A stretch of DNA of 47,362 nucleotides, filler included, from Dirinaria sp. TL-2023a (Eukaryota): NCBI GenBank assembly GCA_051941275.1. It is 2 parts of 2 records of this genome, joined end to end, with 100 filler letters (N's around TTAATTAATTAA, not from the genome) between each part and the next. Parts side by side here need not be neighbours in the genome. Positions count along the whole stretch, not along the records: positions 23,743 to 47,362 come from JAVEBF010000202.1; 1 more part is not named here. One strand, given 5' to 3'. Positions 35,284 to 47,362 of the stretch are shown here, piece after piece. Below the pieces are notes generated by a model. The model saw only the letters and a program-made list of their open reading frames with translations. It searched no databases and was not told the origin of the DNA. The translations under genes were made by a program, and so were the position numbers. Within the stretch, counting starts at the first letter, position 1; each line of letters begins with the position of its first letter.

Positions 35284-38200
35284 ATGTCACAACGCTTGCC
35301 CACTATGCCAGCGATGTCGGGCGGTATACGAAAAGCGCACGGGGGCGCGAGGAAGGGAGGTACATCATCGTCTCGAAAGCACCGATTCGAGTCTTTTAAT
35401 CAGCGCGTATCGAAGATTAAAATTGATCCAATCCGGCGAAGTCGACCTTCAGACACGCATTACCTGGATCTCAGCCTAGAAAGCTCCTATTTCAACACAG
35501 ATTTGGAACGATGGAAGGATCTCAATGTCTCAGCAAATTTTACTAACTTTGTGAGAGAAGTACAGCCACAATGCGATAGTTTGCCTCAGTTGATCCATCA
35601 TCATCAAGATATAATGAGCAAACTTATTTGTTTCATTGAAAAGCGGGATGCTCTGTCTCTAGAGCCCTTGCTCGATCTTCTAGCCAGCTTTGTTCATGAC
35701 TTGGGGTCACGCTTTGAAACGCACTTTGGCGTAGCCGTGACATTAGTGGCTTCATTGGCTGCTACTCATTCGGATGTAGAGGTCATCGAGTGGAGTTTCA
35801 TGTGCCTTACATGGCTGTTCAAATACCTGTCACGGTTGCTCGTGTCAGATCTGAGACCTCTCTATAGAGTCGTTTGTCCTCTACTGGGGAAAGAGCGGCA
35901 GAAATCCCATACAACGCAATTCGCTGCCGAGGCTATGTCATTCTTAATTAGGAAAGCAGCTATCCAGTACCATCGGGACAAGGTCCCCTTAGATACGATT
36001 GTCAGCTATATTACCGAAGATTTCGGTTGCTTCGAAGCCCAAGATGAAGCTGTTAAACTGTACCAATACGGTCTCACGGCGCTGTATGTGGAGACAATCA
36101 AGGGCGTTGATAGAAAGCTTCATTCCTCTGGCGCACAGGTCTTCTGTTGTCTTCTTGAACACACGCTTGAAGCCACCGGGACTAAGCAGCGAAGAGCCGC
36201 AGAATTGGCCTGTGGAGTTGCTGTTGGTTTGATTCACCTGACAGACGGCCCAGGATTCCAGCCCATTCTCAAAACAATCATAAGCCAGGTCCAAAGGCTC
36301 CATTGTCAGTCTCAGGACACTGATATCGCTATTTGCGCTCGCTTGTTATTAGTGGTTTCGACTGTAAGAAAGGGTTCAAGGATTGCGGATTGGCAGCCAG
36401 TGCTTGATGCTCTTCAATCTCTATTGGCTCTCTGTGATATCGCAAGCGATGCAACATTCCTGCAGGTACATAAAGCCGCCATTGTGGCGCTTCAGATGTC
36501 GCCCTTAGAAATTGTCATTCCTCATATTCATGCAGCGTTGGATGTCCTTACGCACAAACGCCACGCTCGTCATTTTCTAGCCTTTTGCATAGACTTCAAT
36601 GACCTCAATCCTGAGCGATTTCATGATCTTGTTTTCCCTTCTCTCTCAAAGTAAGTGGTCTTCGAATTTGATGAACTTTTCCCGCTTACCTTGCATTAGG
36701 TGGTTAGTAAACCATTGGCCTGACAATGAATCGCAACTTTACCAAGCGATTCCCCGCATTGCTCCGGAGGGAGCCAAGAAACTGTCAGCTCCCAATACAT
36801 TACAGCAACATATTGTTGAGACATTTCGAGCTTTACCTCATAGGAAAGACCTCATTCCAATTTCTTGCGCATTCCTCAATGTTATGCATCACATAAGCGT
36901 ATCGCCTTCAACGCTCAAAGAAGTTATAGGCCTGGTGGCAAAATTGATCCAACAGAACCTACGTACAACAATGGATGACGATTTAATGACTCTGTTCAGC
37001 GTGGGAGTAGGCATAAGGGCCTACTCGCTTCATTCGACGCTCTCCCCGCTCGAAACAATGATCTGGCCGCAAATCTACAAGCTTGCGGCGAGGTTTGGCA
37101 ATTTACCTCCTTATTTGGAGGCTGTCCTGGCTTCTTTGGATCTCGAGAATGAATTAGAGCCCGTAGCAATCTTCGAATGTCTTGTAGAGGCGCTAATTGA
37201 AAACTTACATTCCTCGTCTCATGTTATTCGAAAGCTCTCTCTGGAGATTATGGGTGCTGTGTGCGCACGTCTATGCCTCCAAGGAGCCGACACTATCAAC
37301 ACAGCACTGATGATAGAAAATAGCCCGCTCGACCTGGATTCAGCTCGCTCGGCCTCGCTCTATGTCCGAAGACTCTCAACTCACTTCAAGGCTCTCGAAC
37401 CTGGAAATTGGTTGCAGAGAGCTATGATCCATTTCTGCTTTGGGATTCTCACATTCAAGCTTTCGCAACTTTGGGATGATGCGGTGGATAATTTGAGAGA
37501 ATTTGGCAACACGAAGATAGGTGAAGAGACGGTTGCGGCTGTTTCATTTCGGTTTCTTAAAGACGCTTCTAGTCTTAAAGCACAGTTTGACTCAGCAGAT
37601 TCTGGGCTGACACCGCTCAAACCACTGAATCAATTTCAATGCTCCAATCTCATCAACTTGGAATCCAGCATGGATAAGACACTAGCACAGATGAAGGGAT
37701 CATCTCAGCTTGTAGAGACGGAATTCTATTCAGGCCACCATTTTGAGTCGCAGACGCCCTATAACGCCCCGTCCCTGGCCCTACGCGTTCTCATGGGAGT
37801 ACCTTCCATTGCAGAGAAGCATTCGCGGGAGCTTGTACCAATCTTCTTGAGTTGGGCAGGAGCATATGAGGAAGAGGACCTCCAACCTGCGGGTGCAACC
37901 TCAAAAGTCGGGCAGTTGAACCCTGACGAAGCCAACAATGCGCAACATCTTGCTCGAAAAGACCGTAAGACGATGCTGGATCTGTTTGGCTGTTTCACGA
38001 ATCCAAAAGTGCTTTATCATTCAAGGGAGGTTTTCGAAGCCCTCACAAACTTGGTTGGGAGCGGAGACGTCAGCATACAAAAGGCTGCATTGAAAGCATT
38101 GCTGACTTGGAAGAGCCATGGTCTTGTTCCGTATCAAGATAATTTAATCAATATTCTGGACGATGCAAAATTCCGAGAGGAAGTTTCCGTTTTCGTGGAT

Positions 38201-41200
38201 ATTGATAGAGATAACACTGTACAGGAAGCGCACCGCAGAGATCTCATTCCTGTCCTTCTAAGGATTCTGTACGGCAAGGCTATCGCTAGATCTGGCCCAA
38301 ACGGCGGAAGAGGTCAACATGTTAAGCGAAGAATGGTCTTCGAAGTCTTGTCTCGCTTCGGAATCCCAGAACTGGGTGACTTCTTGAGGATTGCGCTTGG
38401 ACCTCTTGCTGGTAAAATGCTGGTCATGAATGGCCGTCAGGATGAGAACTTCCTTCAGCAAAAATATCTGGATGTACGCAAGCAGGTTGGCCTCATGAAC
38501 ATGATCAAGGATATGCTCAGTACTCTCGGACATCAGCTTGCACCTCTTGTGAATAATTTTGCCAACGCTATCTTATACTGCACAATAAGAGCCGCACGGA
38601 GCCTGATGGCTGAACCAGATAAAGGGCATAGCGATGGATTCCAGGACGCTCAGATATCTTTGCTCAAAGATATACGCCAGACAGGGATCCAGTGCTTAAA
38701 GCTGCTGTTCGAGCATTGCGCAGCGACAGATCTGGACCCTTTCGTTCCAGCAATATTCGGAGAACTAGTATATCCACGAATGGAGAAGCTACCAGTCGAA
38801 ACAGCTCAGTCGGTTTCAGGGCTATTACAATTGTTTGCTACCTGGTCTTCAAGTACGGATACCGTAGGGCTCTTTGCAGATCATAATCCTAAGCTTGTGA
38901 TGCGCATCGTCGGTTGCCTTACCATCCCTTCTGCCAAAGCTGAGGTCAAATTATTCGTCCTTGACAATATCCTGAAAAAGATAGCCAGACTTGCTGCTAA
39001 TCCCGCCAGCGATAATGCGAGTCCAGCTAACGACAAAGCGCACCAAGCTCTCTCGCAAAGTATGGAATGTGTATTAGAACATTTAGGAGATCTCATGCGG
39101 AGCGATGTCAGAGGCGAGCTTCTCCAATCGGGTATTGAATTTGTCTCGATACTCTCGCCCTTAGCTAAAGGCTGCATCGAGATAAGAAAGCTTCTCGACA
39201 TCTCAGCTCTTCTCCTCGAGCAGCCACAAAATACAGTCAAATCGAAATCGAGAAGCGACTTACTACGAATCATTCAGCATTTTGTTCCTCTTTCTGGCAT
39301 GAAAGCAACCGAAGACCTGTTTCAGCGCCTTACCTCCGCTGTGTCAATGTTGTTTGTCTATTTCCACGATCGTGAGAACAGATCGTGTCTTTGCGTAGTC
39401 CTAGATACTCTGGCGCAATTGGACTCTGAGCTTCGGCACGTCGCGACGCTATGTGCAGAACTCAATGCCTATTCGCAACAGAAGGTTGACGAGCCAGACT
39501 TTGAAACTCGATTGGCGGCATTTGAGAAAATCAACGGTACTCAACCCAAGCACTTCGGACCGAAACAGTGGAAGCCAGTTCTTTACAACATGTTGTTCTA
39601 TGTACGGGACACGGAAGAAATTGCAATACGCTCCAGTGCATCGCTTTCTATTCGAAAATTTGTGGAGCACAATACCTGGGAAATGGCAAAGCGAGCTGGC
39701 AATGCGTTCAGTTTAGTCGAGTCCGTTCTGCTTCCCGCATGTCGTAGAGGTGCATCAGAACAAGCGGAAACAGTCCGGGTTGAGTACCTTCAAATCATGG
39801 CTACTATTATCCGTCAAAACCCACATTGGCCAAAAGTGAACGATATGAGCCCTTTGCTTTTCAACGAAGACGAAGAAGCATCCTTTTTTGGCAATATACT
39901 TCACATTCAGCAGCATCGACGCCTTCGTGCTTTGCGTCGAGTGGCAGTGGAAGCCCGTAAAGGGCATTTACATGCTATTAATGTTGCCCATTTCTTAATT
40001 CCACTTATCGAACATTTTGTATTCGACAAAGCTGATGATCAGAACGCACATATCCTCCGTGCTGAAACAATTCCAACAATCGCTGCCTTGGCCTCAACCC
40101 TTGAATGGCCGCAATTCAGAGCTATGCTTCGAAGGTACACGGGCTACATACATGGCAAACCCGATTTGGAGAAGACTGCGATCAAGCTGGTGGGACAAGT
40201 CATTGATGCACTTAATGAGGCGGCGTCTAGCAGAAAGACCAAACTCGCAAGTGCTGAGCACGAAACCGTCAATGGTACCAAAAACCTTGCCGATGCAAGG
40301 CTCAGCATGCTTGCATCAACAATAAGCCAGCAAGAGAAACTTACAGCTGATATTGTCTCTAATATCTTGCCACCATTGCGCGACTATTTGCACGGAAAAG
40401 ATGAGTCGACTGTGAGCCTTCGGGTTCCTGTTGGGGTTTCAATTACCAAGCTGCTCCAGCTTTTACCACCTGCTGCGCTTGGGGACTATCTACCCCCCGT
40501 GCTGATGGATATCTGCAATATACTACGTAGCCGAGTACAAGAATCACGGGACTTGACGCGAAAAACTCTTGTGGAGATAGCAAGATTAATGGGGCCTTCC
40601 TATTTTGGATTTATTCTTAAAGAGCTGCGAAGCGCTCTCGCCAGAGGCTACCAGCTGCACGTGCTGTCCTATACTCTTCATGCTATCTTGGTAGCTACAG
40701 CAGATATCTTTAAGCCGGGTGAACTGGATTACTGTCTGGTTCAGATGGTCTCTGTGATCATGGACGACATCTTTGGAAATCCGGGGCAAGAAAAAGATGC
40801 CGAGGAATACATAAGTAAGATGAAGGAAGTTAAAAGTAGCAAAAGCTTCGATTCAATGGAGTTATTGGCTAAAGTCACCAGCGTTCCTTATTTCGTGAAC
40901 CTTTTGAAACCTCTGCAATGCTTGCTGCACGAAAAGCTCGACTCTAAAATGGTGAGAAAGGTTGATGAGCTACTTAGACGGATCGGCGCTGGCTTGCTCC
41001 GTAACGAAGTGCTTCCAGACCGCAGAGTCCTCATTTTCTGTCATGAAGTACTCCGACAATACTACGATGCTGGCGCTTCGTCGTACACAACCGATTCTAA
41101 AAAAGATTCCTCGACGAAGAGATATCTGGTCCACCTGAAATCAGCCAGCGAATACGGCAGCCGTGGAAGCACCTCGTTTTATAATTACAAGCTTGCTCGC

Positions 41201-43165
41201 TTCGCTTTGGATTTACTCCGGTCGACACTGCATAAACATAGTGTTCTCCAGACCGGGTCCAACCTTTCTGGCTTCCTCCCAATCATTGGAGACTCTATCG
41301 TACAAGCGAACGAGGAGATCCAGATCTCGGCGCTTCGCTTACTGACGACTATTATCAAAGTTCCTCTCAAAGAGATTGATGATAATGCGGGTACCTATAT
41401 CACTGAATCTGTCAAGATTATCAAATCTTCTGCCTCCACCCATACCGAGGCTGCTCAAGCAGCAATCAAGCTGGTATCCGCAGTGCTTCGGGAACGGCGA
41501 CAATTAGAGGTCAAAGAAAACGATTTAGCCTACTTGCTCAAAAGGTTGATACCGGACTTGGAAGCTCCAGACCAGCAAGGTGTCGTGTTCAGTTTTATTA
41601 AGGCCATCTTGACACGAAGAATCGTCATTACTGAGATCTACGAAGTTATGGATACAGTCGCTACGATTATGGTGACCAACCAGACCAAAGGGGCTCGCGA
41701 TCTGGCTCGTAGCGCCTATTTCCAATTTATCATGGATTACCCTCAGGGCAAAGGTCGCTTTGCCAAACAATTGACATTTCTTGTCAAGAACCTTGATTAC
41801 AAGTACGAGGAAGGGCGTCGCTCGGTCATGGAGGCGATGAATCTGCTTTTATCTAAGGTTGATCAGGATCTACTCCAGGAAATTACCGGCATATTCTTCG
41901 TGCCTTTGGTCATGGTCGTCGTCAACGACGACTCAACGGGGTGTCGAGAGATGGCAAACGCACTGATAAAGACTTTGCTCGAAAAGCTGGATCGCGATAA
42001 TACCCAAGCTTATATTGGTCTCCTGAGAACATGGCTAGATGGGCAAGAAAACGTTGTGCTTCTAAGAGCCGCTCTTCAGGTCTTCGGAGCATACCTAGAC
42101 TGTGCTGTTGACAAAAGCGAAAAGGACCTTACTCTCCTGCAATCTCACCTCACGAAGATTTTCAAAGCCATCGTACATCGTAATGACAGCGCAGAGTGGG
42201 AGACGCTCTACATTGGTTTGGAAACGTTCTCGAAGATGTGCCATGCCAGCCCAGCTCATACATTTGCCGCAGAATTGTCTCCAACATGGGCTAGTATTCG
42301 TCAATGTTTGACATTCCCACACTTGTGGGTCAAACTCTCGGCCGCGAGGTTATTTGGATTATACTTTGCCGATTTTGCAAGGTATAACACCCATGAGCGA
42401 GAAACAAGCCCCGCACTCAGAGGATCCGGCGGTCTTTTGCTCACTAGCGACGAGATGGCCGAGCTACTTCGAGCCTCGCTCAGTTTGCTCGGCGTTCCAG
42501 GCATAAGTGAGGAGCTGGCGGCGCAGAGCGCGCGGAATATATTGTTTCTGAGCCAAAATTTGCGGCGTACCCCAATGAATTCCCAATCGGCGATAATGCT
42601 GGCGAGCCATACAGATTCGGATAATGAAACCGATATCGACAAGACAAGAATCAAAGAGCCTCGTACTGCGTCTCAATATGTCTTCGATCGCGCCTCCTTC
42701 ATTATTCGCCGTGGACCGCTCACAATGAAAGCCTCGTCACTGATACCCATCAAGACTGCACTGCAAATAATGGGCAATCTATGCAATAACCTCGAAACTG
42801 ATCTTATAATGCCGTCACTGCAAACAATCTTGCTTCCGCTCTATAGTTTCACTGACACATCGATTCCAGCACCTTCGTCAGTTGACGAAGGATTTAATAC
42901 CGCGTACGAGTCAGTCACGTCCAGTAGTGCGGAGATCATGTCGCTCCTGCAGAAGAAGGTCGGAACAACTGAGTTTATTGCAGCTCTAAGCAAGGCCAGA
43001 AGGATAGTCAAGGTAAGGAGGGAAGAGAGGCGTGTGAAGAGAAGAATTGAAGCAGTGACGGAGCCTGAAAAGCTAGGAAAGTTGAAGAAGAGAAAGGGTG
43101 AAAAGAAGAGAGAAAAACGGAAGGAGCGGAGTGGTGCGGAAAGAGGCAGGAGACGGGGATGGTGA
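35284..43165 (+). CDS. UTP20: U3 snoRNP/SSU processome HEAT-repeat protein Utp20
   Basis: About 2600 aa. N-terminal HRFESFNQRVSKIKIDP, ARGYQLHVLSY, EKDAEEYISKMKEVKSSKS and a Lys/Arg-rich C-terminus. One intron at 36651-36699. The start may be 35284, 35305 or 35314. Confidence 0.95.
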
Positions 43166-43494
43166 GGCTGCTGGACTTGTGATACCCATTTGTACCTACT
43201 TCTTACGCATAGCGAGGCGTTACCTCGGAAAGGAGCGAGCAATATACAGGTCAGTTATCTTAGACATTGCGAAAATACAGCACATGGTGTGATTCATTCT
43301 GAAGTAAGAGAGAAGAGTTATATATATTTTCAGGACTTCGGTCCAGGCTATGAAACGAAATGAACACGCGCCCCTTTTCTCTTGGGTTCGAAGTCTGGTC
43401 ATGGTAAGTCAGCGTTGTCTGAGAGACCAAGGTGTCTGTCTTCCTGATAAGGTAGGAGAGCGGTATACTCAAATCTTTCCTGAAGTACAACAAT

Positions 43495-44163
43495 CTACGA
43501 AGTGCTCCCTCTGTCATCCCAAAGCTCGACGTCACCGCCGTCAGTTATGCTGCCTCTTCTTACCAGCTCTCCTTTATCTCGCATAAGGTCTTCGATCGTA
43601 AACGCATGATCTGAGAAGATCTGCCAGAGATATGATTGGTCAGCGCATCCATGGACCCGCAGCCAAATCCCCCTCTGCTGTGTGTTCCCAGTCCACGCAT
43701 CTTAGAAGGGGACGGTGTATCGTACCTTTAGATGGTCGGAAATCACATGCCTGTTCTTGCACTGGGGGCAAGTGATAAGCACTGTGCCATTATGATAACC
43801 TTGTTTCGAGATCTCATGCGAGGATCGTTCTTTGCAGGGTTTACAAGTAAATGTGAGTTGGTATGTCGGCTGGTTCTGAGCTTTTGCAGACGGCGGTGAA
43901 AGCTGAGGTGGCTCTGCTGAGCAGTCATCAGCGTTTCTGATGTTTCTCAAGATTACGCAAGAGGTTACCATACTTGAGCCTGTAGGACTTTCCGCCTGAG
44001 GAGGTATGGATGTTGGTGAGGTTGTGAAAGTGGCCCGGAGATATCTTTGACGGATGGGGTAGAAACGCTGTCGAACAACAGGTCTAGAAAGTGTTCTCTG
44101 TGTCTTTGAAAGGCTTGTTGCTGGACGCAAAGCTCTTATCAAAGAGCTGAAAGAGCTTGCCAT
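43495..44163 (-). CDS. ZIM17: Mitochondrial DNL-type zinc finger protein Zim17/Tim15/Hep1
   Basis: Arg/Ser-rich presequence and YQLTFTCKPCKERSSHEISKQGYHNGTVLITCPQCKNRHVISDHLK, spliced to IFSDHAFTIEDLMRDKGE...* (last exon 43620-43495). Confidence 0.93.
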
Positions 44164-44188
44164 ACCTGTGTGGGAGAAATTCGGACAT

Positions 44189-44240
44189 GGATCACAGAGG
44201 CGGATCACAGAGGCGGATCACAGAGGCGGATCACAGAGGC
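44189..44240 (+). repeat. Perfect tandem repeat (GGATCACAGAGGC)x4
   Basis: Four identical 13-mers, starting 25 bp upstream of the ZIM17 ATG. Confidence 0.95.
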
Positions 44241-44497
44241 CGATCTCTGGTTCCTGCAGAAAAGCGGCATGTTCGGCGAAACTTCGGAATATCTCAGTTC
44301 AACAGCGAGACTCATGAGTGTCAACAACTGATGATATTCAGTGAATGTGATCTGATTAGTGTCGCGTAAAACACACGAAACCCGAACATTGATTTTATCA
44401 CGATCCACATCTTCTCTTTCATACCCTATCGTTTAGATCACTCAAATACATAGGCTGTGACGCATCTTATATCCTATGGCACTGTTGCTCAGTCATA

Positions 44498-47362
44498 ATG
44501 TTCTCACCTAGAGCCAAAGCTAAGATCCGGCCTCCAAGAAGGGTAAGTGATATGTCTCATATGAATGATCTCTTTGCCACTGTTCTGCGGTAACAAGAAG
44601 TCCACTCCATCTTTTTCGTTTTTCCTTGAACGTGACATGATTTTTTGTTTTCCGCCAACACTTTTGTCTTCAAACTTGGTACACTGTTGCCAACTTCCTT
44701 TTTCATTTTTTTCTCGATAATACTTCGATCTACATGGACTGTTCAGAATGTTTGCTAAAAAGTTTTCAGGGTTTGGCGAACACCGATGCCATCGACTTCG
44801 AGCCCCTGTGGGCTATCTTGGTAGCTTCCCTGCGTGAAATACATTTCAAGAATGCCTCCCTTCTTAATTTTGAGGAGCTCTATCGCCACGCGTACAGGCT
44901 GGTATTGAAGAGGCACGGAGAGACTCTGTATCAGCGAGTGAAAGATTTCGAGCACGATTGGCTGGTCAAACATGTCAAACCACGGGTATTGGAAGATCTT
45001 AATGCGAATCTCTTGTGTGGAGCTCCGATAACCTCCACAATTACAACCGCAAATGAAAAGAGAGTCGCCGGCGAGAAATTCCTTGCAGGGCTGAAGCGTG
45101 CATGGCAAGACCACCATCTTTGTATGGGGATGTCGTCGGATGTACTAATGTACATGGTATGGCATGATTGCGACCATCTGGAAAGAAACTATGTATGACA
45201 GCGCTGATATTTGTAGGAACGTGTCTACTGCCAAGATACTAAAAAGCCAAAGATATTTGATGCTGCCATGGCTCAGTTTCGCGACCTAGTCTTCCGAGCA
45301 GAAATTCCTTCATTTAAGGGTTATACAGTTGCGACCGTGACATTCTCGATAATCCTCGATCTCATCCGAATGCAGCGAGAAGGCGATGTCATAGATATCA
45401 CAAACATACGTGCGTGCGTTTACATGCTGGAGGCTTTGTATGAAACCGACGATGGCGGTGAGGAGTCCACCAAACTATATCTCACATCATTCGAACCAGT
45501 ATTCTTGGCCGCCACTCGAAATTTCTACAGAGCTGAAGGAGTCTCCTTGTTGCAACGGACAGATGCAGGAACGTTCTGTAGATATGCCAAGAGGCGAGCG
45601 ACCGAGGAGCAGGATCGATGCAGATCAACTTTATCTATGTTGTCGTCAGATAAAGTCAAGCTTGTGCTTGAGCATGAACTGATCAAGGCTAACATCGGCG
45701 ATGCCATTCAAATGCCAAACAGTGGTGTCGCCCATATGCTAGACAATGATCAACTCGGAGAGCTTGAGCTGATCTACGACTTGATATCCAGAGTCGATCC
45801 CAAGAAGGAAGAGCTAAAGAAGGCTGTCCAGAAGCGCATTGTCGAGTCAGGAACCGAGATCAACAAGGCTGCGCTCACTCCAGCTCAAGCTGTTGCCGCA
45901 CAGAGATCGAAGCCCGACGGTGAAGATGCTGGTGGCGTGGCGAATGCACCCACCGAAAAGCCGCCCAGCCTCCAAAGCGCAGTAGCCATTCAATGGGTCG
46001 ACGACGTCTTGCAGCTGAAAGGAAAATATGATCATGTCCTGGAAGAGGCTTTCGCCAATGATCACGGTCTACAGAGTGCTTTCACGCTTAGCTTCACGAC
46101 CTTTATCAACAAGTTTGAGAGATGCTCGGAGTATCTATCCTTATTCTTTGATGAAAACATGAAGAAGGGCATCAAGGGAAAGACCGAGAATGAGGTGGAC
46201 AGCTTGCTAGACCGAGGCATTACGCTGCTTCGCTACATCCAAGATAAAGACATGTTCGAGCGCTACTATAAGAAACATCTGTCTCGCCGACTACTGATGA
46301 AGCGCTGTGTTAGTATGGATGCTGAACGTCAAATGATATCAAAAATGAAAGTCGAGGTTGGAAACGCTTTTACGCAACGTCTTGAGGGCATGTTTAGGGA
46401 TATGGACATTTCAGAAGACGAAACAAACTTGTACAAGAAGCATGTTGCCAACCTAGATGACGCCGATCCTGACAGACCGGAGCTGGACATCTATGTCCTT
46501 ACAAGCACCAATTGGCCGCTGGATGCGATGGGACCTTCGTATCGCGATGATGAGACCCAAACACCGGCCTGCATCTTCCCTTCACAAATACAGAGTCTAA
46601 AGCAAAGTTTCGAGCAGTACTATCATGCAAAGCACAACGGCCGAAAGCTCAGCTGGCAGGCCAACATGGGTACAGCAGATATACGTACCTACTTCAAGGA
46701 GATGCCGCCCGGCAAAAAAATGCGCGAACTCAACGTCTCGACCTATGCCATGGTCATCCTGCTGCTGTTCAATGGCGTCGCCCCCGGCGCATCCTTGACA
46801 TGCGAGGAGATCCAAGCCCGGACCAACATCCCGTGGAACGAACTGAACCGGAACCTGCAGTCGCTCGCCGTGGCGCCCAAAACCCGCATCCTGCTCAAGG
46901 AGCCAATGAGCAAGGAAGTCCGGCCGACAGACAAATTGTTTTTCAACGAGCAGTTCCAGAGCAAATTCGCCCGCGTCAAGATCGGCGTCATAGCGAGCGG
47001 GAACAAGGTCGAAGAACCCAAAGAACGGGTCCTTACGGAGGAAAAGCTGGACCAACAGCGGTCTGGCATGATCGACGCGGCCATCGTGAGGATCATGAAG
47101 TACGTTTTTAGTTTGCCTTCTCCTCCCCTCTTTAAAAACAATTTTTTTTCGTAAAAAAAGGTTCAACATCACTAATCAGACTAATGATTTCCCAGGCAGC
47201 GCAAGGAGCTCGCACACCAGAACCTGGTCTCGGAAACAATCCAGCAATTGCTCTCGCGCTTCAAACCCAATCCGGTAATGATAAAGCAGAGGATCGAAGG
47301 ACTCATCGACCGCGACTACCTCGAACGTGTCGAGAACTCGGAACCCCCCGCGTATCTCTATC
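44498..47362 (+). CDS. CUL3: Cullin-3, 3'-truncated by the window edge
   Basis: Exon 1 [15 protein letters not shown], then [72 protein letters not shown] and [13 protein letters not shown]. Introns at 44543-44770, 45157-45217 and 47100-47195. Confidence 0.93.

Noticed and set aside
44543..44770. Intronic snoRNA in the long first introns of CUL3 or the CwfJ gene
   Set aside because: No convincing C/D or H/ACA box arrangement or rRNA guide seen. An Infernal/Rfam search would be needed.

Overview
Gene-dense eukaryotic DNA from a filamentous ascomycete (Pezizomycotina), with short GT-AG introns and CTRAY branch points. A 100-nt artificial N/TTAATTAATTAA spacer at 23643-23742 joins two contigs. 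Housekeeping genes are AAR2 (partial), RPS16, RAD9, an ADP-ribosylglycohydrolase, KAR2/BiP, UNG1, a C9orf78/Tls1-like gene, a CwfJ/CWF19L1-like gene, UTP20, ZIM17 and CUL3 (partial). Accessory genes encode secreted or membrane proteins: a tandem M35 protease-like protein, a DOMON-cytochrome b561 protein, an expansin/RlpA-like protein and a mucin-like protein. Two observations stand out. First, three accessory genes within 10 kb each carry one in-frame TAG inside an otherwise spliceable frame. One TAG sits where a Trp is expected and another gates the only intact HExxH domain, so A-to-I stop-codon-restoring editing, RIP and ordinary decay are competing explanations. Second, the RPS16 and UTP20 promoters share a 23-bp bipartite element. 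All gene models were derived by eye and no database search was run.
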